From contig OZ116703.1 in assembly GCA_964199315.1 (NCBI GenBank), forward strand, positions 16,368,001 to 16,432,000: a stretch of DNA of 64,000 bases, read 5' to 3'. This document shows, piece after piece, positions 59,746-64,000 of the stretch. The stretch's first letter is position 1. Each line of letters starts with the position of its first letter. The notes beneath the pieces were generated by a model. The model had not been told where the DNA came from, did no database searches, and was given only the letters and a program-made list of their open reading frames with translations. This DNA is from Orbicella franksi. Lineage: Eukaryota. A program made the translations under genes and the position numbers.

Positions 59746-62700
59746 TTAAGTTTACAAACCGTAACAGTCTTCAGTCAGCCTAACTTCGTAGATATCCGTG
59801 AATAAACAGAAAGTAATTATGAAAATTTAATTCCGACTGGCGAAGGACATTACTCGCTTTACTGAGCACTTACCTTGATACTTTAGCGCGCAGATTAGCA
59901 AGGTCCAGTTCAGGATGACTTCATCTTCATTGTCCGGACAAAAAATCTTTTTCAGTAGGAACTAAAGGCATACCTTCCATGCGTGAGTTTATAGTACTGA
60001 CTTTTTACTCGAGGTACGCGAAAAGTATGATTATCATAATGAAGAACGGATATTGACACTGATTAAAAAGTATTATCGTCACGGGTAACACGTTTCGGTC
60101 ACTTCACCACTAGCCACAGTGTTTTATTACATGACTGTGGGGGTTCACAACGTAAGTCTAAAACTAACGACATTAACCCGGGGGGGGGGGGGGGTCCGGA
60201 GACATTAACTGCTATCTTTAGTTAACATCACAAGATTTATCTGTATGTCTGTCTGTCACAAACATGGCATGATTTCAAAAGCCATGACACAATTCTTCAG
60301 TGTGAGGAACTTTTCAGGCAAACATGCTACAAGGAAAACGATAAGTTTCGCAAACAAGACCATGACAGTACAACAAACCCATTATAGAATAATATACCAA
60401 CACCTTACTAATACGTTGAATTGCGCGACATTTTTTTCCAAATTACAGTAAAGAAAATATCCCCCACGATAACAAGGAAACACTTCATCCATTTGACTAA
60501 GCAATCTGAAAAATATGTTTGGATTAAATTACAACAAATGTTTCCCTTTCACAAGTTGCTGCGTACACTTTTAAGAAAAGGAATCCACTTGTTTTCCGTG
60601 AATCAAAGGCTTTGTTGGAAAAAAATCTAGACTTGCCACAAGTCCGTAGCGTATTCATCTCCCTCGAGCGAAGCGAGAGGGTAACCTTCGAGCTACGAAG
60701 TTGCGAGCGAACGGCGAAAGCAACGAGTCAGCGAAGAATTATTGGAAAGTACTTTTAGAAAGTCTAGTAACAGACGTAACAATCTTGATTCGGATTCATT
60801 TTGGAGAAGCAACACAGCCTATAATATATAACATAACCACGTACGTTCTCGTATAAAATAAAAACTCTGCAACCACAACACTGCTTAGGGTGTAAAGCGG
60901 ATTACACTTCACCTTTTAAGCCATTGTCAACATTTCAATTCTCCTTAATGTTCTCTATACATTCCTTACAGAACAAGTTGGGAGAATACATATAGCCTGT
61001 GAAAGCACTAGACTTTTTTCCGCCAGTTGCCAAAAAAACTGTGAAAAAAATCTGTTTTCACAGAGTAGATACATGTAAGTGAATTGTGTTCGCGTCAAAG
61101 TCATCTGACACGAAAACAAACACCAACATTAACATTTCTCAAACAAACTGGTGACAAGAATAAAGAAATTCATCAACTTGGCACATTGTCTTGATGTACT
61201 TCAATATTCTCCTCACTAATTTTAAGATATTAGTATGGCAAATAGCCAAGAGAATTCAATATTTCACTTACCTTGCAGTAGCTGTTGAGTCCTTCTTTGT
61301 AGTTCGTTTAATTTACTGAGCACAATTTGCCAGTGTCTGCAGCATTTGTAAACTTCCTGCCACGAGGAATCATCCTTCAGATTATAACTTCGAGTAACAA
61401 CAACATTGGTAAGCATTGCCAGTTTTTCATGATCTTCAAGTAGTCCGTTAGCTTTGTCCAGGGTTTTGTTGTGAGTAGAAACATTCCCCACATCAAACTC
61501 TGCTTCAAGACACTCAACAAAATGTTCACATGGCCAAGGTTTGTAGTCCTTTTCCACGATCTTCCTCAGTTCAGAATACAGCCTTGTGCTTGTTGACTTC
61601 AGCTTACGGTATTTAGCAGGTAATGTAAACTCTACATTTTCGGTGAAAGGATCAAACCAGTCTTCTTTCTCCGCTTGGAAAACTCGTTCGTCTGATTTAG
61701 ACTGGTGATCCAGCCTACCCAACACAGAGGACTGGCCTGGTCTCCCTGTGATACTTTGCGGCTTACCGAATCCATCATTGAGTACTGACTGCTTCATATT
61801 ATCGACTCGTAATTTCCTCCGTTGGGATTCTCTAGAACACTCGGTAGATTCGTTCGTACTGTCAGTTTTCTCAGAGACCCGTGGATCTTTCTCTGACAAC
61901 AAAGCAATCTGTAAATCATGATGCGATTCTGGCTCAGAATGAGTTCTTGTGTTGCTGTCCTGTTCTTCAAGATTTAACTTCTCAACTGCTGCCAACCTCT
62001 GTGTGGCCTTGTCAGTGGGTCCTGCTTCAGTCCTTGAATAAATATGTCCTCAAAACACATAGTTAAACTTCACATTAAATGCCCGGGGATACTCTACAAA
62101 CTGTTATACAGGTAAGCTCTGCCCCAAGGTCCAACCCGTTACCCTTTTGTATACCATTTTGAAAGAAAAAGCACCCCTTTTGTATACCTTTAATTAAAAA
62201 AGGTATCCCTTACACATGCTTTCATAACCAGCCTATATTATGAACAAGTTGTCAAACAAGGAAATCTTGTCACTTTCATGTAATATATCAAATGATCCAG
62301 CCGTAAAGTGCACCTATTTGAATATATTTTAATTAAAGATCCTTTTAAATATGTAAATGACAGATTTCACTACCCTGCCATAAACCTCAACTTATGAAAT
62401 CCCTAGCCTTTAATTTACCAAAAGCCTGATAAAGGAACCCCTTTTGGGTGGAGCCTCCCCATATCAGAAATAGTTGGAGGTTTACTTTCTTCTTTTCGTG
62501 GGAGAGCTGAGTCTTTCTAAGTCATCCCTTGAGAGGTCTATTCAATATTAATGAGGCAAGTGCATGAGGGGTGTCCCTGAGAAATTCCATGCAGACTTTT
62601 TCTTGACATTTGTTCCTTTAACGCACCTCTCAAGAGGCGACTGGGAACAAGTCAGGTAGCAGAACATGTTATATGAAACTTGCAATAGCATCTTTGATAT

Positions 62701-63237
62701 TGGTTAATTGTCGCAGAGTCAATCTGTTATTATTTCATTATATATGGCTTAGCTGTTCATAAATATATCTCATTCTTGTCCATCATCAACCACCACTATG
62801 TTAAACCTCCATTCCACTTTGCTAAAATACAAACTAAGAATATTCTCTGCTTAATCAAGAGCCAACATTCAAAAAGCCATTTGGAACTTTCTCATTAAGA
62901 CTGTCCAGCCAGGGGGAGCACAGCTTTTATCATGGAGCTACTTGTAGCTGTATAACGATTTGGGTTTTTTGTTAGTCTGACCTTAATGCAGACCAGCAGT
63001 GACCATTCTCCTTATTATGGAAACAATGCATAAGAATACTGAGGGACCTAAAAAAAAAAAGAAGAATTCTACCAGGAGAAAGCAAATCCCCCACTTCATA
63101 GTTGGAAATTCCCACCCCATGCCGACCTTCTGTCCTCTTCCCAAGCGACGATGACATTAACTTGCTTTCTGGACACAGCTTTTGAATCAGTTCCATTCGT
63201 TTTACCTTGATTCAAAGCACTATCTAGGTACATCTTA

Positions 63238-64000
63238 CCTTACCTTATCTTAAAGTGTTCATGTAAACAAAGTCTTTACATCTCCGCAAGAAAGTCATTA
63301 AAGTGTTCATTCCATAAGGAAGTCGTTGAATCGTGAGGGAAGTCTACGTTCTCTTGTTGAACGGCGAGGTGGCAGTGTAGGCTCTTGGTCCAACGGCTGA
63401 TCCGTTTCCTCTGTTTGTCCACTTTCAGATGGTAGGGATGCAGTTTCCAATCGGTCCAATTTTTCATCATAGTTGCCCACTGCAGGTTCTGCCTTTGCCT
63501 CCCTGATTTGTGCATGGTTTCGCCGGACTGGTCCCATTGCTGTGCTCACGAGGCAGGACCTTGGTGCGGGTCTTCCAATTACCTCCCCATAGATCCAGGG
63601 TTGGTGTTTGTTCGTAGGCCTAGGTTTCACATACACTTTTTCTCCTTTTGAGAACTCGGTTAGCGGCGCCGACACCCGCTTGTCGTACTGAGCCTTAGAT
63701 CTCCGTCTTCTTTCCGCAATTTGTTCTTGTACTAGACTTGGGGACACTGTCTGTGGAACAAGTTGACGCGGAGCTGTGGGAATGATGTCCTGCAGTCTTC
63801 TAGACATTAGGCGTTGTGCTGGCGAGTAATTTTATCCCTGCTGGGGTGTGTTTCGGTATGCTAGGAGGGCCAGATAGGGGTCCTCATGGCGAGACTTTTT
63901 CAGAATGTTCTTTGCAATTTTGACTGCGGACTCCGCCTTTCCGTTCCCTCGGCTGTGGTATGGTGATGATTTGCGTATGATGAAACCGTATTCTCGAGCA
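63238..64000 (-). mobile_element. Ty3/Gypsy LTR retrotransposon 3' internal region (integrase C-terminal half), pseudogenised
   Basis: SSPYHSRGNGKAESAVKIAK...ALLAYRNTP...SPAQRLMSRRL integrase motifs; in-frame TAA at 63834-63832; purine-rich PPT-like AAGATAAGGTAAGGTAAGA abuts the junction. Confidence 0.88.

Larger units (their letters stand above)
29517..63237 (-). pseudogene. TEDC2: TEDC2-like gene, copy B (5' exons missing or beyond the window); probably disabled
   Basis: Open, phase-compatible exons 62048-61272 (777 nt), 31578-31355, 30720-30599 (ELHELVRLHHEVQLL...LLPLLEKMD) and 29604-29517 (SAFVPLYRVTHGIVCGGGKVFPAVVLDNF*), matching the recalled TEDC2 C-terminus (ELQTLAALKLRV...ELLPL; LCRAVHSLLCEGG). 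Exon 6 donor is GT>TT at 63160 and exon 6 is cut at 63237 by Gypsy sequence. AATAAA near 29322. Confidence 0.75.
29250..64000. repeat. Segmental tandem duplication, unit B (extends right of the window)
   Basis: Colinear with unit A: TEDC2-like 3' exons, kelch gene, microprotein repeats, 777-nt TEDC2-like exon. Left boundary approximate. Confidence 0.9.

Noticed and set aside
61264-61995. Spectrin-repeat or tail-anchored protein interpretation of the 243-aa ORF
   Set aside because: Superseded: the ORF is an internal exon whose flanking exons reconstruct a TEDC2-like protein.

Overview
AT-rich, intron-containing animal DNA; the repeat types suggest a cnidarian, probably a stony coral (inference). 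The window holds two tandem copies of a ~28-38 kb unit (A: <1-~28.7 kb; B: ~29.2 kb->64 kb). Each unit is a minus-strand multi-exon gene that I reconstructed by hand and recognise from memory as a TEDC2 (C16orf59) homologue. One giant intron of this gene (17 kb in A, 30 kb in B) contains an antisense intronless BTB-BACK-Kelch gene (intact in A, two nonsense codons in B) and six dispersed copies of an unannotated 37-60 aa single-transmembrane microprotein ORF. Both TEDC2-like copies look disabled. The two units carry different transposons, and the partner unit or a paralogous segment often supplies the empty site: a 5.4 kb TIR element, a Kolobok with a 10-exon transposase and a KolX gene fused by a deletion, a near full-length non-LTR retrotransposon with a 2A-like motif, a Sola3-like element with ~1.4 kb TIRs nested in an EnSpm-like element, a KolobokP-like end with a THAP exon, a Gypsy integrase fragment, SINEs and MITEs. 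The best candidate for a novel system is the microprotein family. All family assignments come from manual reading and recall, not database searches.
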